Of a DNA stretch of 64,000 nucleotides, positions 44,224 through 57,585 are shown piece after piece. The position numbers and the translations under genes are program-made. The stretch comes from the human T2T-CHM13v2.0 reference genome, Homo sapiens. The stretch lies in assembly GCF_009914755.1 (NCBI RefSeq), contig NC_060935.1; one strand, 5' to 3'. The notes beneath the pieces are model-generated. The model was not told the origin of the DNA. It did no database searches and was given only the letters and a program-made list of their open reading frames with translations. How positions within the stretch are numbered: position 1 is the first letter of the stretch; the number at the start of each line of letters is the position of its first letter.

Positions 44224-45588
44224 GATAGAGAATCTACGAACTCAGATAACCCAGGAACCATAGAAAGACCCTAATACTTCCTTGATATGTGAGATAATTA
44301 CCTGTCAGGAACACGCAAAGGGAGTCTACACCTAGAATTAAGGGGATACACTGACCCACAAAGATTCCTTTTCCATTGCAATTGTGAGTGAGCAAATCTA
44401 GCAGAGTCTATAGTACGCATAAAGTCAACAATGAACAAGACTAAGACAATTTAACTAAAAAATACAACCGTCTATGTATTTTCAAACTTTCCTTGGCATG
44501 AATACAATGGCATGGATCTTAGAATATCTGTTGATAATAAGAGTGAAAGGTAGATTTCCTGTTATTTTCACAGACAAACAGGAGAGGTAAGTGTTCAGAT
44601 TTTCTGGTTGGTATGTCTTGATTCTGACCAGTTCCAGTATTCAGCTGTTTTCACCTGTGAAGTATGGATTTCTCTCTGCAAAAACCTCTGTCCCAATCTG
44701 ATGAAGAGAACACCCAAAACAAAGCTCATGCCCAGAGAAAGGAGCATTGATATGGATTTGGAACCCAGGCATCAGCTGCCAAGGCTCTGTTGATATGACG
44801 GCATGTCCCACTGAAGTAAAAAGAAGGCATTTGAAGTATTCTATGCAGAGATCTATCTTCCTTGCATTCCTCCTCTGTATTGCTCTGATTCGATCTAAAG
44901 GAGCTTTGAAAACGTCAAAGAACTTTCATGTTTTGCTAGTTTATCATAAGTGTCTATCTTAAACCAATATTACAATTTTAAGCATGGCCTGGGTAGACAT
45001 GTGCCATCTTCTAAAATGATTTCTGACACAAGGTAAGTTGTACCAGCCGAGACCAAAGTGAAAAGAATCATAGGCTCTATGACACTCAGGCTCTCCTACA
45101 TTCTAAGAGTCTTTTTATTTCCCCCTAATAACCATTATTAATCATTTCAGAAACACGTAATCTCCTGATATTTTTACTATTCTAGACTTGACAGAAAAGG
45201 AGGGTTTTGAAGTTCTGGAAAGTCTTTTTATGTAGAGTAGCTCCATTCTTCCAGCACACAGCTACCACAAGGCTCAACTCTCCCTAAGCAGAATGGGATT
45301 TATTTATTTATTTCTTAATCCACTGAAGGGAAGCTGGGTGATGATGAATTCTTTTAAAGAAATCAGCATTTGGCTTTCAAAATGTTAAGCTATACTGGAA
45401 GTGGGTTGTGGAGGCAGAGAGCAGTCGCTAGCCATGGAGGAAAGCTTCTCAAATTCTTACTCAGCTTTTGTTTGGGGGAAGAGGTTTTCTTCCATTTTTA
45501 TCAGCTCTCCGTCCCAAATCCTACAAGCTATGAAGGAGGGGACCCACCGGCCAGGGCAGGGGTTTCTGTGGCTTGCTGATGGTCACAC

Positions 45589-45673
45589 GGCTGTCGGGAC
45601 ACCAGTATTTCTGAAATCCTTCCTGAAGAATTTCAGAAAAAAGAATTTCAGAAATACTGGTGCCTCCACAGCC
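45589..45673 (-). ncRNA. MIR3167: MIR3167 precursor hairpin; mature miR-3167 at 45620->45599 (AGGAUUUCAGAAAUACUGGUGU)
   Basis: Near-perfect inverted repeat (ggctgt..caccagtatttctgaaat / atttcagaaatactggtg..acagcc). The 22-mer matches recalled hsa-miR-3167. Same strand as the host gene KIRREL3. Confidence 0.9.
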
Positions 45674-45769
45674 GTGTCGAGGGCACAGGTGGGCATAGGC
45701 CTGGAGGTGGCTCCTGAATGGAGCAGCAGCAAGGGCTGTAAGGGGTCTGCACAAGGGTGTTTGATTGGC

Positions 45770-45935
45770 AGGTCTTTGACTCTCCAGTCGAATGACCTTC
45801 AGGCAAGTTACCGAATCTGTCTAAGCCTCAGTAGTTTTCATCGGCAAATGGGTCTAAGGATCCCTACTTTATTAGATTGCTAGGGGATGGAATAAGGGAA
45901 TGCATGCAAAACTCAGCAGTGGGCCTGGCCACAGG
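45770..45935 (+). mobile_element. MIR fragment
   Basis: tgaccttcaggcaagttacc..ctaagcctcagtagttttcatcggcaaatggg. Confidence 0.6.
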
Positions 45936-46830
45936 CCTCAGTACCATCTCCCCGTGGCTGGTCCCCATTCAGCAATCACAAGGCTTCGGGGGTAGAGAAA
46001 CATGCTGAGGCCAGCACACTGAAACCATTACAGGTTTTGATTTTTTTTTCTCACCACTCTCCTCCCTCCTCAGTTCAGCTTTCTATTAAGGTATCCCAAA
46101 ACACTAACGCAGCTCTTGGTGAAAGGAGAAAGGGAAAAAGTGGCCAAATCAAGGGGTCGGGGGACAGCAGGGCCAAGGTCAAACACCTCGTTGGTATAAC
46201 ATCTTTTAATTTGAGGAGGAGCTCAGTCCCCATTATTTTCAGTAAATTCTCAAACTATGCAGCTCTATGTTTCCTCTTCTACCCTTGTAGCATCAACTCT
46301 GCAGTTTGAAGTAAGGTTTTGCAAAACTTATGCAAAAAGTTTTCTTTTCTACAAGAGATGCTGAAGAAGTCACCTGGAATTTGCTAGTAGAACTATCAGT
46401 AAAATGAAGACAGCAATCCTGCCTTCAGCCCAACTCCACTGCCCAGAAAGGCTGGCACTGTGGGGACGAAGGGGGCAGTGGCAGCTCACCCTGATGCAGA
46501 GAGAGCGGCAAGGGACTCTGATGGTGAGTCAGCTGAGGAAAGCTGCTGGGGTCTCAGCACATCGTATAGAAAATCCCTCCAGCAACTTCAGAAAAACTGA
46601 ATGAAAGGCCAAAGGTAACATAAACCGCCAGCTCTACCAACCACTCAGGCTGCAGACCAGACAAGGGAGTGGATTGTTCCCATGGTGGCTGCACCTTTCC
46701 TTCATTCTATTCCCGCTATCTTAGTTCACGCTGCCTGTGGATCAACTCGGGATCTCAGACACATCTCGTCACAATTATCAAGTGGCAAAAAAGGTGAGCC
46801 GCCATCCCCTTGGAGGTAAAGAAAGGCATG

Positions 46831-46878
46831 ACGAAGTCTTAGGGCCAACAGGGGAACGAAGTCTTAGGGCCAACAGGG
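46831..46878. repeat. 25-bp-period tandem duplication (ACGAAGTCTTAGGGCCAACAGGG x2)
   Basis: Perfect 23-nt copies at 46831 and 46856. Confidence 0.95.
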
Positions 46879-49800
46879 TTCCCCCGGTGTCTCTCCTGCA
46901 GCATGAAGGCCATTGTTTCCAGGGCCTGTGGCCAGGATCCAGTTATCTTGCCTGGAAGGATGTTCAAACAGCCATGGCCCGTGGTGGTTTTTTATAATGG
47001 TGTTGTTGGAAATTAGTAATACCATCCAGAAGTGAAAACAGAGTAGCACCTCCACAGCCTGCCCAGGAGATCAGGAATAATGAAGCCTCATTTTAGCATC
47101 TGTTTGTTTTGTTTTTTCAGCATTTGCGGGGAATGACAACAGAAATATTGGCTCCCTGACCCTGGAAGGGTGGAATCACTCCTTGTGGAAGGGAAAACGC
47201 CTGGAGCGGGGCAGGGGGCACAGGCCTGGAGGCGGCTCTAGGGAGAGGTAGGGGCTCTGGGCTGGCGGTCCCCCTGCTGGGGAGGACTCACCTTCACATA
47301 CAGGAGAGAAACATCATCCCTGTGGCAGGGAAACCCGTGTGGTGGGCTGAGCTTCCTCGCTCCCTCTCTTTGAAGCTCTCTCAAGCCCCTCTGAGCATTT
47401 GCAATTGTACCCCCTTAGCTGCTGCCACCCTTCATCCGGATCCCCTCAAACACTCCACCCTCACACCCTGCAGAATCAGGAGAGAGGAACCCGCCTCCTG
47501 CGAGAGCCGCCGCCATCTGTAACGTTGCCCTCACCACCCAGAGGCGAGGAGGAGAGCCCACCCATCCCTCCCGTCCCTTCCCAGCTCCCGGCAGCCACTA
47601 GGCTTTCCCCTTCCCCGTCCTAAGGGACCTCCCGGGCTCTGCTCTCTCTGGGCAGGTTCAGGGCTTTGCAAGCGCTGCTGCTGCCACCATCAGGCTGACT
47701 GAGGCACTGCAGCCTTCACCTGGCGTCAGGGCCCAAAATAGTGCCCCAGCTCTTGGTGCGGCTTCAGAAGAACAGCTCCTCTCTGCCTCCGCAGTTGCCC
47801 CTCACTCAGGTGCAGCTTCCTATGTAAGAAAAAGGCTTCAGAGGGCATCTCCCTGAAGAAACAGAACTCCTTGTGAATGTGGGGTGGACCCCAGCGTCCT
47901 CTAGCAAGACGCAGAAAAAGTGCAGGTCCTAGGATTTAGGGAACGCAACCACTGAGGGATTAAGTGGTGGTTTTGCTTTCTTTGCCACAAGGTCAGTGAG
48001 GCAGGGAAGGGTGGGAATCACTCCTCCTGCCACTCCCGGATGAACGTGCTAAGCTTCCTGTGCAATGAACCAACCGGGCCCCAGTGTTACTCTGAAGCTG
48101 TCACTGCTCCCAGCATTGCCAAGGGTGACAGGTGGACTGTCACACTGCACCAGAGCCGAGTCACCTGTGACATTTGCAGGTGACTGACAGAAATGGGCAC
48201 TGACATGCATTAAAGAACAGAAGGACGCGATGGTTTCCTGTTGAAGCTGAGCAGTGGGTGGCTTGGCAGAGGCTGTTTCTCTTGGCGTTGTCTCTGGTGA
48301 CCCAAAGGGCATTCAAAGCCTTCCAGAAAGGAACAACTTCCTGCAGGGCACGTCCACACTTCACTTAGTCAGGTTCTTCCTCTGCCTCCTGCCAGGGGCC
48401 CTCTCAGCATCTCTCCATGTGCTGATATTACAAGCACTGCTGGCTTCTCCTCTCATTACCCCTCATTCCATTCCAATATTTCCACACTTATTCACAGCCT
48501 TCTATGTGCCCAATAGTGTGCTAGACACCAGGGGTGATAAAAGACTTGGATTTTAATCAACCAATTAAGAGAAGCAAAGTCCCTGCCTTTGCTTCCTTCC
48601 TTTTTATTATTATTATTATTTGTCAGAACAGCCACAAAAGGAGCTACTCAAGCAGTATGTCCTTAATTACTCTTCAGCCCCAAAGCCTGGCCTGTTATTT
48701 CCTCTGGAAACTTTGTACCCCGAGGTAAAACTGAATGCCAGAAAGATAAAGAAACTGACTCAGAAAGAGTCTGGAATAAAAAAGAAATTGAACTACAATG
48801 CTGCCTCCTTGTTCGAAGGTCAGACCTGGGATTCGGATGCATGATTTTCATAGGAAACTCCCTAAAATCCTTTTCCAGTCCTAGACACTGGGGATTGCCA
48901 CAAATTATAAGACTATGACCTGTCTTATGACACCACAGCTTAGGATACTCTCCTGCATTTTTTAGTGTTGATGTGGAACAGCTGGATGTACCAGCATCTT
49001 GAGGAACATCAAGGCACATGAATAAGTGAACCAGACTGAAAATGACTTTAGTCAAGCAAAGTAACCTCTCTGGGGGTATGACAGCAATAATGCCCACTTC
49101 TCATTACTTCTGCTGATGAAATGAGGTAGTGCTTGTGAAAGCCACTCTGCAACTTATGAAGCTTTACACAAATGCTAGTTATCATCACCGTCATCATCAT
49201 AAGAACATAATTACTGCCACGACTAACAACACCCTCAACAACCAAAAGAATTTGCCAGGCACCTACAAGAAAATTTGCTGGCAAAGAGCAAATAGAATGC
49301 ATCACCTACTCCCTAGGAATGTGTCATCCAAAATAAATAGATTGTTGCTAAGAGATAATATTCAGAGAATCTTACAGTTGGAGAGGTTTTGGACGTCATC
49401 TAGTCTACTCTCTAACCCATTTCTCAGGAATTGACTCCTACATTCCTGATGGCCTGAATTCCACCGTGAGTCAGAACACTCTCAGCAATGAGAGACTGTT
49501 CAGTGGGCCAGCCTTAGACTTGAGACTTACATATCCGCAGTCATGGAAATAACACTGTCTATTTCTTGCTGAACAATCGGGGTTTTGCTTCATCATTGAG
49601 CTTGTCCTGCTAGCCTCCACCAGTTCCTGAAGAGAACAGGCCAAAGTGTGGAACATACAGGTAGATCTGATGATATTCTCTACTCTTAAATGGAAGGGTA
49701 CTCAGTGCCAGAGCCTTGTAAAACATTTCCAACATCTTCTGAGTAGAATTGTTTCACTTGTAACCTTGGTTTCCCTAAAGCCAGTATAACTTAGCTTCCT

Positions 49801-50429
49801 CTTGAGAACAAGAAAGACATCATCAGCAAAATGTCCCTAGGTTTTTGTGCTCACCTGCTCCAGTGCTGTTTCCCCTTCTGGTTAGCACCCATCTTCAATG
49901 TTAGGCTGCCTGCGCCTCTAACTAGCCAAGGGGATCCACAAACTGGCAAATCTCATTCCTCAATGCACTCTTTCTGCTCAAGTCCAGCGTGCAGCCAGCA
50001 GTCCTGCCTCTGTGTGTTTCCATGATCTTTTTTCTTCTCTTCCACATTCTTTAGCTAACACATCATTCTGGCATTCATCTACCCACCATCCTTCTGTGCC
50101 TCCTCTCTGGAATGTGGACTAACCATTAAGGTCAGTTCCCCCCATACTTATTCTCTTGCTCACTTCATCCATCAGCTAGAAAGAACTATTAAAAAGTATA
50201 TTTCCATTCAATTTTACATTTTTAGCCCCATGTGAAACACAAGAAATACCAAGAAGTAAAAATAACATGTTGATCCCTAAACCCGTGATGTAGAGAGGAC
50301 CACAAACCCATAGGCTACTAGCAATGTTTCTCAGGTGTTTACTTAATTATCTCAATCCATCCTCAAAAGATGTATAATGGCACCCATGGCCATTCACGAG
50401 TTGACTCTTCCCTTCCCAACCTTCCTCTC

Positions 50430-50830
50430 CCACTTCCCTAACACAGCAGCACTCTAGCCATCATACTGCCCATGGCTTCTGAACATATCGCATTCTGTTC
50501 TGCCTTTTGTATTTGCATACACTGTAAGGTATGTAAGAGACTGGAAATCGCTTTTCATGCTTCGTTTAGAGAACTCTTGAGCATCCTATAATATCAAGCA
50601 TGATGTCATCTCCTCTGTGCAACCTTTTCTGATGCCTTTGCTGATCCACCTGTTTTCAGAACACTCTGACAGCTCTGAACCCATCATATTGTAACCTTAA
50701 TCGAAGTGTCTGCTCCCCAACCAGACTAAGAGCTCTGGGGCAGAAACATGGTCTTCATTATCTTTGCATCAAAAGCCCCAGCACAGTGCCTACTGCATAG
50801 GAGGCCCACAGTGAGTGCTGGCTGAGTGGT
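50430..50830 (+). mobile_element. L2 3' fragment
   Basis: ccagactaagagctct..ggcagaaacatggtcttcattatctttgcatc..agcacagtgcct..cataggagg. Confidence 0.6.
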
Positions 50831-53800
50831 CAAGGGCTGAGCCTTAGTGTCATAAAATGGTATTTGATCACAAAGGAAGGAGCAGCATATTTCACCCACT
50901 GAGACACTAGACTATGTGGAGCCCCTGGGGGAAAATGTGGAATAGTGACAGCGATGTTTGTTTGTTATTGCTGCAACTCTTGGCCTCAGATTTCAGATTC
51001 CAGTTGTCCAGGCATAAGTTAAAAAGAATCTGCATAAGTTAAAAAGAAACTTGCAACAACCATCCACTGAATACAGGCCAAGTGAGCAGACCATCTAGAT
51101 AATTCAGCATGATGCGCACACATCCTTTCTTATACTGACATACATAGGCCATCCATTGCAGTTTTAGTTTCAATTATCAAAAAAAAAAATCAGCCTCAGA
51201 TAAATCTACTTTGCTTTGCCTATGAAGACAGGCAAAGAGTAGGGTGAGAGCATAGCTCCCATTTGAGAAAAGTGGCTGATTCTGGAGATATCACACTGAT
51301 TTAACATTAAGTGGTGTGTGCGTGTGTGTGTGTGTATGTGTTCAGTAGGGGGTCAGGAGGGCGTGGGAAGGCTTCCAGATGCCAGGAAAAACCTGTCCAG
51401 GGGATGCAGGCAGGTGTCTGTGTTTGGCTGCCCCCTTTGCAGTTATTTCCAAGGAGAAGAAGGATGACTTCCTCTTTCCACCCTTCATGCCCCAACAGAA
51501 CAGCTCCACACAGAGCAGATTCACCTATGCTGGCCGTTATTTCCATGGCTTTAACTTGTTACCAAGTATGCCAAGGAATAGCTGACATTTATTTAATGTT
51601 CATAGTGGTGTTGACTGTGTACTCACTGAAACATTGTATGCTTATGGAAGACATTTGTTTCCAAGCAGCTTATGCTAAATTGCAGTGATATAAAGGAAAC
51701 ACTTATCCAATATTGACATTTACCAACTTCTAGAAGTATACAGCCAGAATACTCATTTTTACCACTGGGAGAGGAGAAAAAGAATTAAAAAGCATAATGG
51801 TCCTAGCTCCTTCAGTTAGTTAGAAGCTATGAGTGAATGAAAGTTAACGTGCAGTAGGGGGAGGTTCAATGGGGGAGAAGATCCCCCACCCTCTTGTGAC
51901 CCTTGGCTCTATGGCACAGTGTGCTTTCTGAGAGGACTGAAGCCCTTCCGTGCTTCATAATAAAGCTTTGGCAGATGGCAGGACATAGCATCCCTTCCCC
52001 AACCATGAGAGAAGTATTCTGATGATCTATAAGGTATCTATGTTCTTACTTGACCTGCACTTCTAACTGGGTAAATTCTGACTTTCTCTTGGGAAAAGAA
52101 AATGACATGCAATGACGTATGGAACAGTACTGTGTCTCGGTGCAGTCGATTCTCACATCATTCCTCTAACTGGAAATAAAAATCCCACTCTACTTGGAAT
52201 ACAGGATGAAGCGATTACAACCTGGGCGCAGTATACTGGCTGGCTTTGCTGCTCACTCCCTTACGAATAGCTGTGATGGGATATGAAATCCAAGGGAACT
52301 GTTAGCCCCCCAGAGCAGCTGCTCCCACCGACCCTGCTCCAAGAGTGCTGGGATGTCCGCTGGCCTCGAGGCAAGACAAGAGCTCCAATCACTCTGCTGC
52401 AAGCGCCACCATTAAAGTCAAGATCACTGTGGTGGGGGGAGTTGAAGTGTGCATTCCAGCATGCTCATGATCTTACTGACCTTCTCCACTGATGAATTAG
52501 AACACCCCTCTTCCCAGGCACAGGACGAGTTCAGTGCCTCTCTGTTTCTTGATGGACCCCAATAAAAAAACGCCTGCACTGTTTTTCACCTAAGGTCATC
52601 TCGACAATTTACAAGGATAAGGATTGTAGCTGCAAAATAATGCCTATGCCCCTCTAGCCCCCTTAGCATCCCCCATCTATATCAAGACCATAAAACCAGT
52701 GCTTTTGGCCCTCCTCCTCACTCCTCCAGTATGGGCAATTTTCTTTTCCTCATCCATGTTTCCAAAACAGTTTATCTTTTTATCTCCTTGGAAGAAAAGT
52801 ACTCCACAAATCAAAGGTATCATTAGTATTGTTATTATTTTGCTATTGAAATCTCTTCAATTCGCTCTGGATTATTCATGTGCTTTTTTGGGTCTGCAAT
52901 ATAATGCTGCCTAAGTCATCCCCACTGGGCTGAACAAAAAAGAAAAACTGCATCTTCGGGCCTAATCTCCTGCTCCACCCCATCTCCTGCTGGCCCTGGC
53001 TTCCACCAACACAGGCACACACCAGGCAGGGCTGCTTCTTGGTACCATGCCTAGCTTGCCGCTGCCTGTTCCAAGCCAAATCCTCCTCTGTACACCCAAG
53101 AGGGGGACCCCATGGTATCCTCTTAGAGCAATGTGAAGGCCTTGACCCCACCCCACTCGTCCTCCCCCTAGGGACTTTCTTTTCCATCCTCAATAGGTCT
53201 GGCTGGCAACTGAGGACTCCCTACTGGGATACAGACATGCAACCACCCCCATTTCCAACAGACATGCCCCAGTTTCCCCACCCGAAGATTTGTTAAAGAA
53301 GTGGTCCCACACCCTTGGCAGCTGTGTATTGACCTTCTGGCACAAAAGAACTGATTCTTCTTCCTCTAGACAAGACGTCATCCCACATGGGGTTCTGGTA
53401 GGAGGGAGAAACACACATTACTTCCCTCATCTTTTGTTTTATGACATTTCTGAGTGAGTGTAAGTGTTTCCAAAGTTGCTGTTCACTCCCCACTTTGTTT
53501 GCTGATTCCTTCTCTGCCTGTACCCCCTATGATCCCTCCATTCTTTAGGCCACCTCTGATGTGTTCAGGCTCTCTTCCGATGCCTCCCCAACCCTGCCCC
53601 TCCCAAGGGAACTCCTTGCTAGTTCAAGCCTCTTGAAGTGGCTCCTCCTTTTCCATGCTTCTTGTCATCTCCATGGCTCCCTTCACCCTGGCTGGCTCCC
53701 TCTGTTCACTCTATTTTACCCTTCTGTCTACGAGATGCCTTTCTATTCCCTAGGAGATTCAGATCACCATGACCCTCTGCCCTCTGACAGCTGCTGACAG

Positions 53801-56038
53801 CCCCTTTTGGTGTTTCCAGCCAGGCAGGAGAGCAAGTGGGCTGCTTAGATTCTTCCCAGTAGGGAGATGGTACCTCAAATGCATCCTTAGCTCAGGGATG
53901 CCATTAACAGGTAAATGCAAGTTTTCACTTTTACCCCAATACAGTACAGTGTGCATGCAAAGCCAAAAGATCTGGGTTCAGCAGAATTAGAACCTTCACA
54001 ACCACAGAATCACAAGGCAGGACAGGACGCTCTAGGAATGCCAGAGCAAAATGCCAGAGAGTAGGGAAGAGACCACCTTTCTTAAGAGCGAGTGTCTGGA
54101 GTAGAAGGCGCCAAGTTCTTGCCACTGTGGCTCCCCTGTCTATCTCCCCTGTCTCCGAGGTGGAGATCAGAGATCTCCCTGGAGGCAGGGAGTCATCAGT
54201 CCTCTAGGACCTTATTCCCTCCAAGCTACCTAAGCTGTGCATGTGCAGGCTGGATGGGATGGGGCTTGAAGCTTAAGGAGGGCACAGAAGGAAATAGTTG
54301 TGGGTGAACTGAAATGATAAAGAGGAAAAAATATAGCAAGTTCTAAGTTTATGGATGACAAAAGAATCGATTATTTTTTCACCCAGGGGCAGAACATGTC
54401 TATTCTCAGCAGGAGGCAAATTGTGCTGTGACATTATCCCTCTCTGAACAAAGCATGACCGTCCTGACAGCTGAGGGAAGAGGCATCCACGGCAAGGGAG
54501 AAGCCCACAAGCAGTACACACTGGCAGCTCTCCATTCCCTTGTTGGGAGCCAGGCCTGGGGACTCTGGCGGGGGTGGAATCGGGAGGAATGTTATTTAGC
54601 CTTACTACTGCCACCTTAAGAAAGATAAAGAAATACTTGATCTCAATCTACATGAAAAGCCCAAACTTTCAAAAATAGGGACCCACCATATTACTGATAT
54701 TAATTATACATTGATTTCTGTTCTCTGTCTCTCTAAAAGGTTATAAGAAAAAGTAAAGGTAAACAAACATTTGACAAATTAGGAAGAAAAGGATGGCTGG
54801 AACGGACTTTAAGAGTTTATTTGTATCTTGAGAGCACTGCTTGGAGCACTCTCTCTGCACGGGGACCAAGATACTGGGAGCATGGAGCTTGGGAATCTTG
54901 TTCCCAGAAACTCCTAAGTGCCATGCAGATTCCCACTGTGAGATGTGTTGGACAGCAGATGGCCATGTCATCGGAGTGCCAGATAAGGCACTAAAAACAA
55001 CCCTGGACATTTGTTGTCTCTGAGGGAAAGGCCATCCCCTGGGTCTCTTCACATTTCCTGGGAGAGGCATCCCAGCATGCAGGAGGCAGGGGTCAAGCAG
55101 GTGGCTGTGTGAGGGTGCCGGGTGGGGGGGTGTAACCTCAGGCCTCATTCTGGGGGATCACAGTGGAGCCATTTAGAGCCATGTGGGCTAGACCTCCCAG
55201 GACCTGTTAGACATGGATGCGTTCTATCCAATAAGTTGATGAATGCATGACACTGGGTAGAGGTGGGGCACAGTACATGAGCTAAGCATATATGTGAGGA
55301 TGGTCAAATAGAATCCTCTGGGGAATTCATAATGCTCAAAACAACATCCACATAAACAAATTTCCACAGATCAAGGCAAAAGATAACCATATCACATTGC
55401 AGTGAAGTCCATAAAACACCTTCCCACTTGATGGCTGGACCCCTTGATTCCCATAGTCGGACACTGTCTATTCAAGAAGCACACCATGTACAGGGATGCA
55501 GGGTATCTGACCAGCCATGTCCACTTGGGTCTCCTCATTTTTGTTTAGACCTGTTTTCCAGCCTCTGGACCAGGTATCTACCATTTGGTAGGGTGGACAG
55601 TGATGGCCAAGCTCAGAACACTCCAGGAGCACAAGGCATTAAGAACTGCATGATGTTATGGTTTCTTCCTAGCGCTCTCAGGACTCGGGGTAGATAAAAC
55701 AGAGCATTTAACCTCCATAGGTAAATATTTAAAGATTCACATGAAGCAGTCAAGAAACAGCTCCAGACCAAGAAAGAAATAAGCACAACAGAAGATGTAC
55801 ACTGTAATGATTCAGACGGCCAGGGAGGTACTTAGACACCTATAGCCTTCTTATGCCAATCTACATAAGTATCACGGATCAAGCTTCTAACTACACAAAA
55901 GGCTGATTAAAGCATGCACTGGTCCCATGCAAATGTGAGTTTGTGTGTTTACGGGGGGTTGGTTGGAAGATTCCCTCCTTCTCAGGGGTTCTATATCAAA
56001 ACTTCCTGAGTGAACTGGTAAGAAGCAAAGACGAATGG

Positions 56039-56040
<2 letters not shown>

Positions 56041-56081
<41 letters not shown>
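56041..56081. repeat. (GT)20 microsatellite
   Basis: Direct observation. Confidence 0.97.
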
Positions 56082-56083
<2 letters not shown>

Positions 56084-56271
56084 CATAAGCAAGCACATAC
56101 ACATCCAAGAAAGAGGGTAATCTTACCAAATGGTAATATAACTGAACCTGTCTCTATACCAGTGTTCTGAGAGAGTTCTTATTCATTCAGCCTGAAACTC
56201 TGGGGAAGGCAATTTATCTTCCTGCTGCTGTAGGGAGCCTTGGTGAGAAGCACACAACCATATGAATACAT

Positions 56272-56273
<2 letters not shown>

Positions 56274-56303
<30 letters not shown>
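56274..56303. repeat. (GT)15 microsatellite
   Basis: Direct observation. Confidence 0.97.
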
Positions 56304-56305
<2 letters not shown>

Positions 56306-57585
56306 ATACATTATCATATACACAGGCATTAGTATGCACATACAAATATGAAGAAGGAGCCCCTTCGGTTTCATCAGGAGGACCAGAAGCAAAGTTTGAA
56401 CTGCACAGATAAGGAGAAAGTCTGCAGTGACCACAAGCACGGGTGGAAGAGCAGAAGAAGGAAGCCAGGTTTTTGCTTATATTTGGCTTCTCCCCGACAG
56501 GGGAGAAACAGAAGACATGCTGTTTGCTTGCAAAGCCAGCCACCCATGGCAGTGCTTTGCTTTCTCGAAAACTTTTACCCTTCATTTAATCAACAGATGG
56601 ACGTGCTCTGTTGTGGATTTTTTCTGAGTCTTGCACCTCTAAGAGCTGTGTTGGCTGGCACAAATGCAGCCTCAGATGGCAGAGGTGCATTGGCATTCCA
56701 AAAGAGCGGGAAGGAGCCCATGTACTTGCCCCTCCAAACTCAATTCCACAGGTGACTTTTGATGCCTTTGGCTAACTAGGCACTCACATTCCCTCTCCCG
56801 AATTTCCCTCTCCTTTCTGCACCACTACCAGCCCCAGGGCTCCCAGTGGCAAGGAGCCTAGAGGTGGCAAAGTTCTTTCCGGAAAGTCCACCTGCTTCTC
56901 TGCCCCTGCTAGGCTGCAGAAAGGAAACCATCAGCACCACGGGCGAAATTTCATTTTATACCCTGAATTCAGTGCTGTGTAGGATTCAGAATTCAACCTA
57001 ATTTAGGGAACTCGATGACGTTCAATGAAACTCTTTACAAGCTTTTCCCAACCACTGCAAATTACCCCCCACAATACATTCTGTAATTGCAACCCCCTTT
57101 TCAACGGTGCAAACCACACACATTCGCTTTTGAATACACTTGTGCAAGTCAAACCCTATTCAAGCTGAAATATCCACCTAAACCAAGCTCTCCCTCCCTG
57201 CCGTCTCCTTCCCTGGCCTGGGTCTGAAGGAGAGGAGGTGCCCAGAAGTTCAGAGTGGCATAACCACAGAGATACTACCTAATTAACATACCAGAAGCAT
57301 AAAGAACTCATTTGCATTGGAGAGTTTGAGCTGGATATTGACAAGTGAGAGGAGAAAGTCATTCCCCTCCCCTCCCATACCCCTTCTTTCCAAAGGAAAA
57401 TAAACAGTACCATTTTGTTGCATTCGCAAAGGCGAAGAGGCAATGCCAGAGCATCTCAGCCCGGCACCGAGAGACGCATCCATCAGTCCGAGTTCCCGAA
57501 GCCTGCCCACGTTCCTGCCCACAGCCTCCCGCGCCCTGACAACCCAGCCGACTTTCTTCCAACTCCAGCAGCGCAGGGGTCCTAC

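Noticed and set aside
57359-57585. Continuation of the 93-aa KIRREL3 ORF past SQ
   Set aside because: It reads through the GT donor into intron 1 and does not match the recalled protein.
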